Below, one piece after another: positions 26,229 to 36,602 of a stretch of DNA of 64,000 nucleotides. The stretch spans positions 2,790,001-2,854,000 of the forward strand of contig BQFW01000004.1 of the NCBI GenBank assembly GCA_020891255.1, in the 5' to 3' direction. Positions within the stretch are counted from its first letter, which is position 1. Each line of letters opens with the position of its first letter. A program made the position numbers and the translations under genes. The notes below the pieces were generated by a model that was not told the DNA's origin, ran no database searches, and saw nothing but the letters and a program-made list of their open reading frames with translations. This DNA comes from Entomortierella parvispora E1425 (lineage: Eukaryota > Fungi > Mortierellomycota).

Positions 26229-28076
26229 ATGACCATTTTCTCTCTAAAGCCTGGACCCCGACCCGAAACCATCGACATTGGTGATGGTCTCCGTATGCGC
26301 TGGTCTACAAAAGCCGATGCTGACAACGTCGGAGCACTGCTTGGCGTTGCTTTCAAAGTATGAAAGTCGAGCGACAGTTGAAGTGGTTCCTCCACACGCA
26401 CGCACAGACATTAAAATATCTCTTTTCGTCGCATCAACTTAGTGGGAGGCTCTCGGCTTTCCGTTGCCTCAAGGCGACTACCCCCCTCCAAACGACATGT
26501 TAACATGGTCAGGGGTATGAATACTTTTTTTTCTCACGCGACATTGAGTCTGTTCGAACTATGTCTGAGACTCCATATTGATCTACTCGCAACCTATAGA
26601 AGCGTCTTTTGAGAGGAAACAGCGCCGTCATGACTGAATACGATTTTGCGCTAGTGGAGAATACCAGGGCGGCGGACGGCGAGAATCCAATTGTTGCCTG
26701 TGCCTGTCTGCATGCTGTTCCTGGATATTACGGCTCAGTTCCTATTCAGTTTGGAAAGCCAGAGGTCTTTGGCACCCATCCAGGTATCCACCTTTGATCT
26801 CAAGTGCGCCCCATCTCCATCTTGAATCCCTGGTTTGCTGTCTTTCTAACAAAGTCATTCCCTAGACTACCGCAACAGGGGACTCATTCGCCGGCTGCTC
26901 CTCGAGATGATACACCCTGCCTCTGACGAACGAGGAGATTTGATTCAATTTATCTATGGCATTCCGTACTTCTATCTGTAAGAGCCCTGCCACTTTGAGA
27001 GGATATAAACCACCTCACACGATAACTCTGACAAATTTACCTCTCTTACACTGGCTAGCCAATTCGGATACTCGTATGCTCTCCGAACAGGACCAAAGCG
27101 GACCAAGATTCCTTCCATTGATCATATCCCAAAGGCACATCCCTCGATCCCAGAGCCCTTTCGATTGCGGGCGGTGACCCTGGACGACATTCCGTACTTG
27201 GTCCGCATGAGTACATCCGACAAACTGAATCGTCCCGGAACCGAGGTTGGCCTGCTTTTTGATGAAGCCTACTGGAAGTACACGACCCATGATGCCTACA
27301 AAGCCAAGGAAACTATTTGGGACGCTTCTCGTTTGACTCAGATCATTGTGGATGTGAAGACTGGAAAGGATGTTGGCGTGGTCGTGTCGAACTTTATGGG
27401 CCTGTGGCAGTGGGAACTATTTGTGCTCGAAGATCATGTTCCGTATCGTGAGGCAACATATCCTGTTGTTAGGGCTATGGTGAAGATGGCCAAGGATCGG
27501 TATGACGACCCCACAGGCGTAGATGACTCGATGATTGACCATTTGATTAATGGACTGGGTCCCTATCATCCTGCAAGTATTATTCTGGCTCCCATCCTGC
27601 AAGAGGACATCAACGACCGCATCTACACTCGTATGGCCAACTATCCAGGATTCATCACCAAAGTTGCCCCTGTTCTGGAGGAACGACTGTCGAAATCAGC
27701 TCTCGCGGGAATCACTGCCAGCTTGAGATTGGATTTCTTCCGCAAGGTTGAAGGAGCATCAGCTCGTGGCCTTGAGATTGTCTTTAAGGATGGCAAGATC
27801 GTCTCTGCCAACGACTGGATGCCCCCAACAGCTGAGGAGTTGATGCTGCAAGAACGCGAGAGAATGGACAATGGGACCAATGATCTACCTCGCCCTCTGG
27901 TGTACGGAGCAAACTTCCCGCCACTATCTTTTACGCGATTGGTGACAGGCGATGTAACCGTGGACCAGTTGTTGGAACAACATGGCAAAAGCTGGTTCAA
28001 CGACAGCGAGTCTTGCCTGCTACTCAATATTTTGTTCCCCAAGGTGGATCATTACATGATCAGTCAATGGTGGTAA
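26229..28076 (+). CDS. Large GNAT (Eis-like) acetyltransferase-fold protein resembling bacterial proteins, multi-exon
   Basis: Spliced exons give IDIGDGLRMRWSTKAD, FGKPEVFGTHP|DYRNRGLIRRLL (motif A), GDLIQFIYGIPYFYL|QFGYSYAL, and a second domain from ORF 27165-28076. Confidence 0.75.
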
Positions 28077-28081
28077 AAGTT

Positions 28082-28113
<32 letters not shown>

Positions 28114-28269
28114 GGAATAAAAAGGCGGCGACATGAGATAGCGGGCTATCCCTGCCCGTTCCTTTGACCCTGACTGAAATACATTTAGTCCGCTACGATT
28201 GCATTTAGATATCTACATGCCCAAGATTTTGTTTTTATTTTATTTTATTTTTGTCAACGACGCTTTGTC

Positions 28270-29496
28270 TTAAAGACGTGCATAGCTGCTCGCCGCCATA
28301 GCAAGTTCCTTGATCTGCTTCCGATCCAAGGCCTGGCCGTTCATGAACCATGAATGGACCGCCGTCTTCCATAATTTTTCCTTGCAGCTGTTGAAGAAGA
28401 ACCCCATGTGACCGACCTTCTTCATATTCAAGTCCTTGATGGGGTCCAGTCCCACGCACCGCCTCATTGCATTGGGCATCGAATCCATGATCTTGGGTGC
28501 TGATGTGGATGAAAAGTCATCGTCCGAGAAATATAACGAGTAGACTGGGACCTTGAATCGATCAAACGCTGGCTTCCACTCTGGATTTCCACCCAACATG
28601 TATTCCTTGAACGATCCCCAGTACGACCACGTCTCGAAGCATCCCTTGGGCAGATCCTCCATTGACTTCCAGAGTGTCTTGCCCGGGTAGAACCCATACC
28701 GTGCATTCACCACGGGTGAGGCCATGTAAAAGAACCAGTACGTGAACAGAGGCGAGTTCATGTTGCGCCAATAGGCAGAAGTCACACTGATGTACAGGCA
28801 TCTCTCCAGGTTTCGCGTGTAGTAAGAGTCAATGGCGGGAAGAATGTGTCCACCGACGGAATGGCCCACAAACAGGGTTGGGTTGTGAGGGAAGCGTTCG
28901 AGGACAAAATTGAAGACGCCTGGCAAATCCTGCATGCTCCAATCGACGATCGTGGCTTCGAACCCAATCAGGGGGTTCTTCTCTTTGGTTTCCTTTCCTG
29001 CTCCTGGTTTCTCGGGTTGGGCCTGTGCTGCAAGGTGAGCGTTGGATTTGGGTGGAAGTGCTGGTGCGGTGGCGTTGCCGACTGGAAGTGATCCCCGCTG
29101 TTGCTCGGCCTTCAAAAAGGACAATTGCTGTTGCTGCGATCCTGGCATGGATCGGCCAACACCTCTGTTATCATAAGTAATGACAATCATGCCGAGCTCT
29201 TGCGAGAGATAGTTGGAAAATTTGTAATAGAAATCTTGAATGGTCGCGGTGGCGGAGGAGATGATCACGACCTTGGTCAGCGCCTCGACCTCGGTTTTGT
29301 GAGTAGCACTGGAGGAGAGATCCGAGTTGTTTTTGGGACCGGGGTGTTGCGTTGACTGAGTGGTGACAATGGGTTGTGGGGGAAGGTGCAGAGTGCCACT
29401 GAGGAGGAAACCGTCCAGGGCAGTGATCGTGATCGGCTGGGGCTTGTTGCTAGAGCCGGCCTTTGTCCCTCGTGGCGGAGTTCCTGCAGTTGCCAT
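28270..29496 (-). CDS. Alpha/beta hydrolase of the bacterial COG4757-like family, intronless
   Basis: 408-aa ORF with ITALDGFLLSGTL, SATATIQDFYYKFS, ITYDNRGVGRS, DWSMQDL, VGHSVGG (nucleophile elbow), MEDLPKG, FSDDD and VGHMGFF. Confidence 0.85.
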   Translation of the reverse strand: MATAGTPPRGTKAGSSNKPQPITITALDGFLLSGTLHLPPQPIVTTQSTQHPGPKNNSDLSSSATHKTEVEALTKVVIISSATATIQDFYYKFSNYLSQELGMIVITYDNRGVGRSMPGSQQQQLSFLKAEQQRGSLPVGNATAPALPPKSNAHLAAQAQPEKPGAGKETKEKNPLIGFEATIVDWSMQDLPGVFNFVLERFPHNPTLFVGHSVGGHILPAIDSYYTRNLERCLYISVTSAYWRNMNSPLFTYWFFYMASPVVNARYGFYPGKTLWKSMEDLPKGCFETWSYWGSFKEYMLGGNPEWKPAFDRFKVPVYSLYFSDDDFSSTSAPKIMDSMPNAMRRCVGLDPIKDLNMKKVGHMGFFFNSCKEKLWKTAVHSWFMNGQALDRKQIKELAMAASSYARL

Positions 29497-30683
29497 AGTA
29501 TGAAAGTGGACTTTGCTAGTAAATGGAGGAGTAGAAGAGGCGGAATGCCTTTGTGATGGGTAATGGAATCAAAGGAATGAATCAAAAGATGAAATGGAAG
29601 AGGGGTGTGAATGGAGTAAAAGAAAAAGCAGAGCGAAAAAGCGAGCCGGACAGGATGTTCACTTTGGGTACGCTGCCATGAGTCTACGTGTGCCTCCTGC
29701 GATCCAACATTGCTGTTTGTTTGAGCAGCGCAACTTTGTGCCATCGGATCCAGTGGCCAGTGGCCCCAGTTCTCCAGCGGGAAACCTTCTTCCCACCTTT
29801 CGGCAGAAGGACTATCCGAGTCGATCAATTGAACCTCCAGACTGGATATCCTCTAGAAAAGGGGACAAACGAAGGTGAAGAACCCAGCAATGAGGGTGGC
29901 AGACAGCAGAAACACGCTTGACAATCCAATTCACGTGTCAGAATCGCTTGTCCCATTCCTGTGGCGCCGTGTCTTTTTTGGCCTTCTTGTAGGAGATCTT
30001 CCTGGCGTGCCTTGTTTCTCCATAAGGAGTTTCTATCAAACAAGATCATCCTCAGAGCTTTCTCATCCTCAATTGAGATCTACACCTCACTCTAGGGACA
30101 AGAAGACATATACTGATTACAGAGCAGTGGCAAGGGCACTTGAGGTCGACCTTTGCCTTGAACAGTGCATGGTGATGACAATGCTTCATCTAGGATGCAG
30201 GTCGCGAAGACTAGAGGGTATCTACCCCTCTAAGTTGAATTGTGAATGACCGTGGCCAGAGTAGGTGAAAAGAGAAAGAAGAAAAAAAATCCGGTGGCAA
30301 CAAGGACAGGCGGGACTGGTGACACAGCATGCCTTTTCTGAGTTGACGACCAGAGTTGGGGATGGTGGCAAAATGGAGGCAAATTTGGCGGCAAAAAAAG
30401 AATACTGAATGAGGCAGTGCAGAGAGCTATGAAAGAAGCGTCATGCCGTGAGAGTCTCCTCTCCATCTCTTCTTATCTCATCTCATTCTCTCTTTTGCCT
30501 TCATCATTCGTCTTCATTCACTCACCATATTCCCTTTCTAGTCTTCAGCTTGACTCCATTTCAAAGAGAATCTGCATCCCGACTGTTGCATTAGAATTGC
30601 TCGACGGAACTGAATCCGTTTCCTTTGTGCCTCTAAATACCTGTCCCCTCACTTTTCGCTCTTCACCAACAAAACCAAATACA

Positions 30684-32088
30684 ATGGCAATGTCGCTCGA
30701 TGCCCAGCAGGTCATGCTGGCCCAAAGCTGGACTGAAGACTCTGGAGTGGACCCTACAGGCTACTGGATGGCTGAGAAGTTGGTGCGTCTCATATCTCCC
30801 TGCTGCCGCTTTGTTAATCTGTTGACTGACGTTTTCCTCTCTTCCCATCAATCACTCATTCAGGACGGCATCCGCGCCTACTTTGATGGCACCAACTTTT
30901 ACTCTCGTGCCGGCAACAAGTTTACGGTACCTTCGTTCTTTAGCGAACATCTCCCCAAGGATCAGCCCCTCGATGGTGAACTTTGGCTTGGTCGTGGTCG
31001 TTTTCAACAATGCACCTCGATTGTCAAAAACCAAAAGGCTGCTCGAGCGGACGAATGGAAGGAGATGACCTACCTCGTCTTTGATGCTCCGAAATTGGAT
31101 GTGGTCTATGAAAAACGGCTCGACTATCTCAGGTCGATCATGCCAACTTATGGAAAGGATCTGATTCAGGGCAGTGGATACAGCGGCAATGTTCCCCCCC
31201 ATGCAAGATTGGTACCGGTCCAAAAGTGCGTCTCGAAATCTCACCTGTTGCGAGAATTGGATCATGTTCAAACTCACGGAGGTGAGGGTATTATGGTAAG
31301 GAAATGCATCCCGAAGTCTCCATAGTTCGTGTGTACATGCCCTGCCTTTTTTGTTTATATCCTGATCTAATCCCTTTACTATTTCACCTTTCTAGCTTCG
31401 CGCTCCTCGCTCCCGTTATGAGTTTAAACGTTCAAAGACACTGCTCAAGGTCAAGACGTTCTTTGACGAGGAAGCAATTGTTGTGGGCATTCAAAAAGGG
31501 TCAGGAAAGCATTCACATCGGATGGGCCATCTTGAGGTCAAGACGCCAGATGGTCGCGCATTCTCAGTTGGTACTGGTTTCACAGACGCTCAACGCGACA
31601 AACCTCCCAAAGTTGGCACTGTTATTACCTACAAGTTTCAAGAACTGAGTACTCGACTCAACCCACGGTTCCCATCTTTCGTTGGTGAACGCATTGATGT
31701 CCAATGGGCCGATTACTGCAGGACCTACAAACCGCCAACATTGAAGCAGGCCACGCCTGCTAAAGTCGTCAGTCTGTTGAAGCAAAAGAGTTTGATCTTT
31801 CAGGATGGAGACGATGGCGATGACGATGATGTAGTGATTAGCAAGACTACTACGATCATCACAGTAAAAGACGGAGACGACAGCGACAAGGACGGCATCA
31901 GTCCCGCTACACCTGCGACGAGCTCCAGCAGCTCCGGTCCGACCTCTACCCCACAAAAGAGAGGAGCAGTGGATAATGATGACAAGGACGATAATCTTCC
32001 CCTATGCAAATACGGAGTCAATTGCTACCGCAAGAATCCCGATCACCTCAAGCAATACAGTCATCCACACAAGAAGGCACGCTCATAG
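30684..32088 (+). CDS. Compact ATP-dependent DNA ligase (LigE/Chlorella-virus-like NTase-OB) fused to C-terminal PBZ zinc finger; 3 exons
   Basis: Motif I WMAEKL|DGIRA (intron 30783-30863), III LDGELW, IIIa YLVFD, IV GEGIM|LR (intron 31296-31395), V LLKVK, OB-fold VGTGF..GTVITYKFQELS..PRFPSF. The tail ends CKYGVNCYRKNPDHLKQYSHP. Confidence 0.92.
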
Positions 32089-32343
32089 ATGATACCATTA
32101 AAAAAAAAAGCAGATCCAATTGATAACGCGAGTGCCCAAACATGAAAATCTGCATCGAGTACTAAAGGATCGAGTATCAGAGATGGAGGGGTAAAATGAA
32201 GCCAACCTTCTTGACGCAGACTGCTTGAAGACAGACGAAAAAAAAAAAGGATTTATCTATTTGACAACCCAGGTTGTTCGTTTTGTTTGACAACCCACCA
32301 GTCACACTTTGGAAAATTGCATGGAAACCTGGGTTGTCAGATA

Positions 32344-32943
32344 GTGAGCTCCACCTCGTTCGCAACAAGCCCGCAAACCCGAAGTTGCCGCCCGAAACCG
32401 CCTCCATGGTACCAGCCATCGGACACGGCTTTGTGGACATCATTGTACTCTGCCTTCCATGACTCGCCAACGACCTGACCTCCTGTGAGGGGACAGATCA
32501 CCAGCCCGTTGGCACCAGCCCCGTTGGCATCGGCTCAGTCGGTCGTCACTGCCTACCAAGGAGTGTTACACTGCGCTTCGATCAAGGCCTGGACTCCAAT
32601 TATTAAAGGCCCTCACTCGGTCGTGGTCGCAGTTGCTCATCAACTTATCCGTCGTCAGGATAGGGATACTCTTGCACGTTTCCGGAAGACACACGGCGAG
32701 GTTACTATTGCCTGGGAGAAGACTCAAGGCATCCGCTCCAAGATGAAGAAGCAAGCACAGCGAGGCCAACCTTGGAACAATGCATCTGGTACGATCTTAC
32801 CACCAGACACCTGCCAATGCGGTAAACCTCACTCCGGCCACCACCAAGGCCGTTGCCCAGATGCCCAAGATGACCCTAAGCTGGCAGACCAGCGCTTACT
32901 GGCTGGTGTGCGTGGCCAGGTTCATATATCGACACTTTTGTAA
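32344..32943 (+). pseudogene. Interrupted ORF fragment with zinc-knuckle-like end; possibly a captured 3' piece of a non-LTR retroelement ORF
   Basis: One in-frame stop near 32476; the frame reads ..TLARFRKTHGEVTIAWEKTQGIRSKMKK..CQCGKPHSGHHQGRCP. The retroelement origin is a weak resemblance only. Confidence 0.3.
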
Positions 32944-33315
32944 CATTTTATTCTTTATTAAACAGCGATGAGTCGTGGCATTTGTTGCGCGGGGATTCGG
33001 GCTTCATTGTTAGTAGTTTGTTCTCGCACTTCGCTTCACTGTCTCGACATAGCAAATAATATGTAAAAAAAAAAAAAGTCCACCGCGTCCGCCATAGCAT
33101 CAGAAGATATTTCGCAAGAATATTTTTATTGAATAATTGCGAACATAACCTGTTACACTTCGTCGACGTGGGATTGCGCACTATCTGTCTTTCACATGTC
33201 CTCGTCGTCCTGGCAGGGGCTGACCATGTAAGATGGGTCACTCTGAAGGCCTTTGAGTGCTCGCTCGCTGACTTCCAACGTGAAAGATCGATCGCGCTTG
33301 AGTGACATGAGGTTT

Positions 33316-34020
33316 CTAACCTCGTCCCTTGTAAGCCTGCTCGGCCATTATCTCTGCTTGATTGTTTTGATGGCGATTGTAGAACACTCTCTGTTCCTCA
33401 ACAGCTGCTCGCTGCATCTCAATGGCAGCTCGCTGCTCCTCTAAGGCCAAGCGGTTATGTTCAGCGATGCTGCGCTGATGTGCCACAGCTTGTTCAGCAT
33501 ACGAAGCGGTGAAGGTGTTCAGAAACGACAACTGAGACTGGGTCATGCTCTCGACGAGCTTCGCGCTCTGTCCTGTGAACGTCTCCAGGAAGGCTTGATG
33601 TTGCTCAATCAACTTTTCCTCCAGAATGCTCCCGACGCTGCGCTCCGCTACCACCAGGGCCGTTGAAGGAGGCGCCGGCGCAACAATAACGCCATTGCCA
33701 TCGCCTGCACCACCTGCACCAGGAGGAGGTGGATGTGCGATTGCATTTAGGGCGGCGTCCCTGGCAACGGCACAGTAATGGTAATGGCGATGGATCGAAG
33801 AGTTAAGGGTGAACGTCAGGCCACAGTAGCAGACGAAATCCATGTGTTTTGTGGGAATTCGACTAAAGGTGACTTGTCGATCAGTGTACCCGCACATGAA
33901 CTTGATGGGGTTGTCGACGTGATACCCTGCAACATGGTTCTTCTGATTTTTGGTCTTGGGTTCGGCAGGGGGGAGGAGACCTAGCGCGCAATAGCCGTAA
34001 GTGCAAGCACCACGAGGCAT
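33316..34020 (-). CDS. MULE cargo gene: Cys/His zinc-finger-like N-terminus plus coiled-coil C-terminus
   Basis: Intact ORF from ATG at 34020: MPRGACTYGYC..NHVAGYH..FVCYCGLTFTLNSSIHRHYHYC, a G/P linker, then LEEQRAAIEMQRAAVEEQR heptad-like repeats. It lies wholly inside the TIRs. Confidence 0.6.
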   Translation of the reverse strand: MPRGACTYGYCALGLLPPAEPKTKNQKNHVAGYHVDNPIKFMCGYTDRQVTFSRIPTKHMDFVCYCGLTFTLNSSIHRHYHYCAVARDAALNAIAHPPPPGAGGAGDGNGVIVAPAPPSTALVVAERSVGSILEEKLIEQHQAFLETFTGQSAKLVESMTQSQLSFLNTFTASYAEQAVAHQRSIAEHNRLALEEQRAAIEMQRAAVEEQRVFYNRHQNNQAEIMAEQAYKGRG

Positions 34021-34174
34021 GTTGGAAGAGGTGAGAACGATGAGGAGGACAAGATACAGAACTGGATGCCGCAAGTACACATATTTATACATGTGGGAGT
34101 TGCTGACACAAGAAGCCTGGATGTACGAGTCAGTCGAGTCAGTCCCTTTGTTTCGAACCAGAAGAACATGTGGG

Positions 34175-35224
34175 ACCATCATCCTCTATGACCTAGGGGA
34201 TGTCTGTCAATGGCATGCATACAGAGGGCAAACTGTATCTTTTTTTCTTTTGGCCGACCATGGTACACGTACCGTCTTGCGAGTCCTTGCGAGTCGCCAG
34301 AAGTCCCAATTAGGAATGGTCTACTGTTGCATGCAAAGGCTTTTTTTTTTATTTGACCGAGGGTTGACCGGGGATAGATCAATACAAGAGGAAAGAAAAC
34401 AGCTGATACCCGCTCCAGTCTTCCGGACCGGACAAGGTCAGAGCCCACTGGACTGTCACCCTCTATGACCTAGGGGATGTCTGTCAATTGCATGCATACA
34501 GAAGGCAAAATGGATCTTTTTTTTTCTTTTGGCCGATCATGGTACACATACCGTCTTGCGAGTCCTTGCGAGTCGCCAGAAGTCCCAATTAGGAATGGTC
34601 TACTGTTGCATGCAGAGGTTTTTTTTTTTATTTGACCGAGGGTTGACCGGGGGTAGATCAATACAAGAGGAAAGAAACACAGCTGATACCCGCTCCAGTC
34701 TTCCGGACCGGACAAGGTCAGAGCCCACTGGACTATCATCCTCTATGACCTAGGGGATGTCTGTCAATTGCATGCATACAGAAGGCAAAATGGATCTTTT
34801 TTTTTCTTTTGGCCGACCATGGTACACGTACCGTCTTGCGAGTCCTTGCGAGTCGCCAGAAGTCCCAATTAGGAATGGTTTACTTGCATGCAGAGGATTT
34901 TTTTTTTTATTTGACCGAGGGTTGACCCGGGGGTAGATCAATACAAGAGGAAAGAAACACAGCTGATACCCGCTCCAGTCTTCTGATTCAGACAAGGTCA
35001 GAGCCCACTGGACTATCATCCTCTATGACCTAGGGGATGTCTGTCAATTGCATGCATACAGAAGGCAAAATGGATCTTTTTTTTTCTTTTGGCCGACCAT
35101 GGTACACATACCGTCTTGCGAGTCCTTGCGAGTCGCCAGAAGTCCCAATTAGGAATGGTCTACTGTTGCATGCAAAGGCTTTTTTTTTATTTGACCGAGG
35201 GGTTGACCGACGGCAGATCAATAC
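34175..35224. repeat. Tandem array of about 3.7 copies of a 277-280 bp unit
   Basis: CTCTATGACCTAGGGGATGTCTGTCAA recurs at 34184, 34461, 34741 and 35021, with the intervening sequence nearly identical between units. Confidence 0.95.
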
Positions 35225-36403
35225 AGCCACAGTCGACTCAGCGTGTGGAGAGTATGAATGCGGCCATCAAAAGGGCCGTCAATGGCAAGACGTCCCTTCC
35301 AGCACTGTTCGAGGCAATTGAAAAGAAGCTATCAAATGAAGCCCAGACTTCAAAGTATATTCTCTACAAGACGGATACAACGGTTGATCCCGCAACGTCG
35401 ATGTTTGTTCAGCAAATGTTTGCCGATGTTATCGATGCAAACAATCGCTATCTTGGCATCGCAGCAAAAAGTCAGATGAAGTTAGAGATGTCGCGCTCTG
35501 TTTTGTATCAGTCCAATCCACACACAGGTATAGACGCCTGTGCTCCACGATCAATCGAAGGAGGTGATTTCGAGGAAGTAAGTACTTGTACATCATTCCA
35601 ATACCCAAGCGCAATCCTAAGACCAGATAGAGGTACTAAGCCGTTATTCTTCTCTTTGTCCTTAGATTGAGAGATCGTCAAAAGACAATCGCGAAATGAG
35701 CTCTCTCCAGTCCATCCAGACAATCGTTGGTTCTGATCGAATTGTACAAATCTTCGACGTGACGTTCCGCTTGGACACGGAGCGAAAGTCACTTCAGCAC
35801 ATACTTTTACTGGCTGATGGCTCGTACATTTGTACCTGCCTCCTCCTCCAAAACAGCGGATTTGTATGTCGACACTATTTCCATCTGATGCAAGTTAGTG
35901 ACAGATGCAAGTATCATGTCAGGCTTATTCCGATGCGGTGGTTTAAAGAAGAACTGCAGGACCTAACAGATCTTGATCTCTCAGGGGCGTTTTTGAGCGC
36001 AAAAACGCAGAAGACGGTCGCTCAGGTGGGGAGTGCAGAGGGAGAGCCTGCTTCTTCTTTCATGAGCGATATCATGAAGGTTTTCCCCTCAGTGCCATCC
36101 CTGTCGGGGGTTGATAAACGCAACCTTTCCAAAAAACGCCGCATTGGAGAGATATCTGGCCTGATGAAGAATATCATGGACACCGTGAACTCCAATCCAG
36201 AAGTATTCGAAACAGTTAAAGATGGCCTAAACCGTGTCATTGTGAGGGGGGCAGGCGAAGAAGGTATGAAGGATCCTCACTATACAAAGACGAAGGGCAG
36301 ACCGAGGACTTCTCGGATAAAGAGCAGCATGGAGACAAAAAAAAAATCAACGAAGTGTGGAGTGTGCAGCGGGGAAGGTCACAATTCTAGACAGCACTCA
36401 TAA
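35225..36403 (+). pseudogene. 5'-truncated MULE/FAR1-type transposase (post-catalytic part, SWIM finger, degenerate zinc knuckle) with one intron
   Basis: STQRVESMNAAIK; intron GTAAGT near 35578 to TTAG near 35666; SWIM YICTCLLLQNSGFVCRHYF; LIPMRWFKE; TKGRPR..KCGVCSGEGHNSRQH. No N-terminal or DDE region upstream. Confidence 0.85.
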
Positions 36404-36602
36404 AAATAAACGTTTGTTTGGCAACCTGGGTTGTCAATTGAGGAATGACAGGTGGGTTGCCGAATAAAAAACGAGACTAACCAAATATAGAGTGGGTTGT
36501 CAGGTAAAACGAACAACCTGGGTTGTCAAATAGATAAACCCAATCCAAAAAAAAAAGGAACGAATCCAACGTCGGACTCAGAACTGGCAAAAGCAAAAGA
36601 TA

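Larger units (their letters stand above)
32249..36546 (+). mobile_element. Non-autonomous Mutator-like (MULE) DNA transposon with about 50-bp TIRs and cargo
   Basis: The left end GGATTTATCTATTTGACAACCCAGGTTGTTCGTTTT..TGACAACCCAC is the reverse complement of the right end GTGGGTTGTCA..AAAACGAACAACCTGGGTTGTCAAATAGATAAA(CCC)AATCC. It is flanked by A11 and A10 runs, compatible with a 9-11 bp TSD, and contains a transposase 3' half. Confidence 0.85.

Noticed and set aside
26229-32088. Bacterial contamination or endosymbiont DNA as the source of the bacterial-like genes
   Set aside because: Two of the three genes have spliceosomal introns, all have fungal-type low-complexity flanks, and they are contiguous with Rap1.
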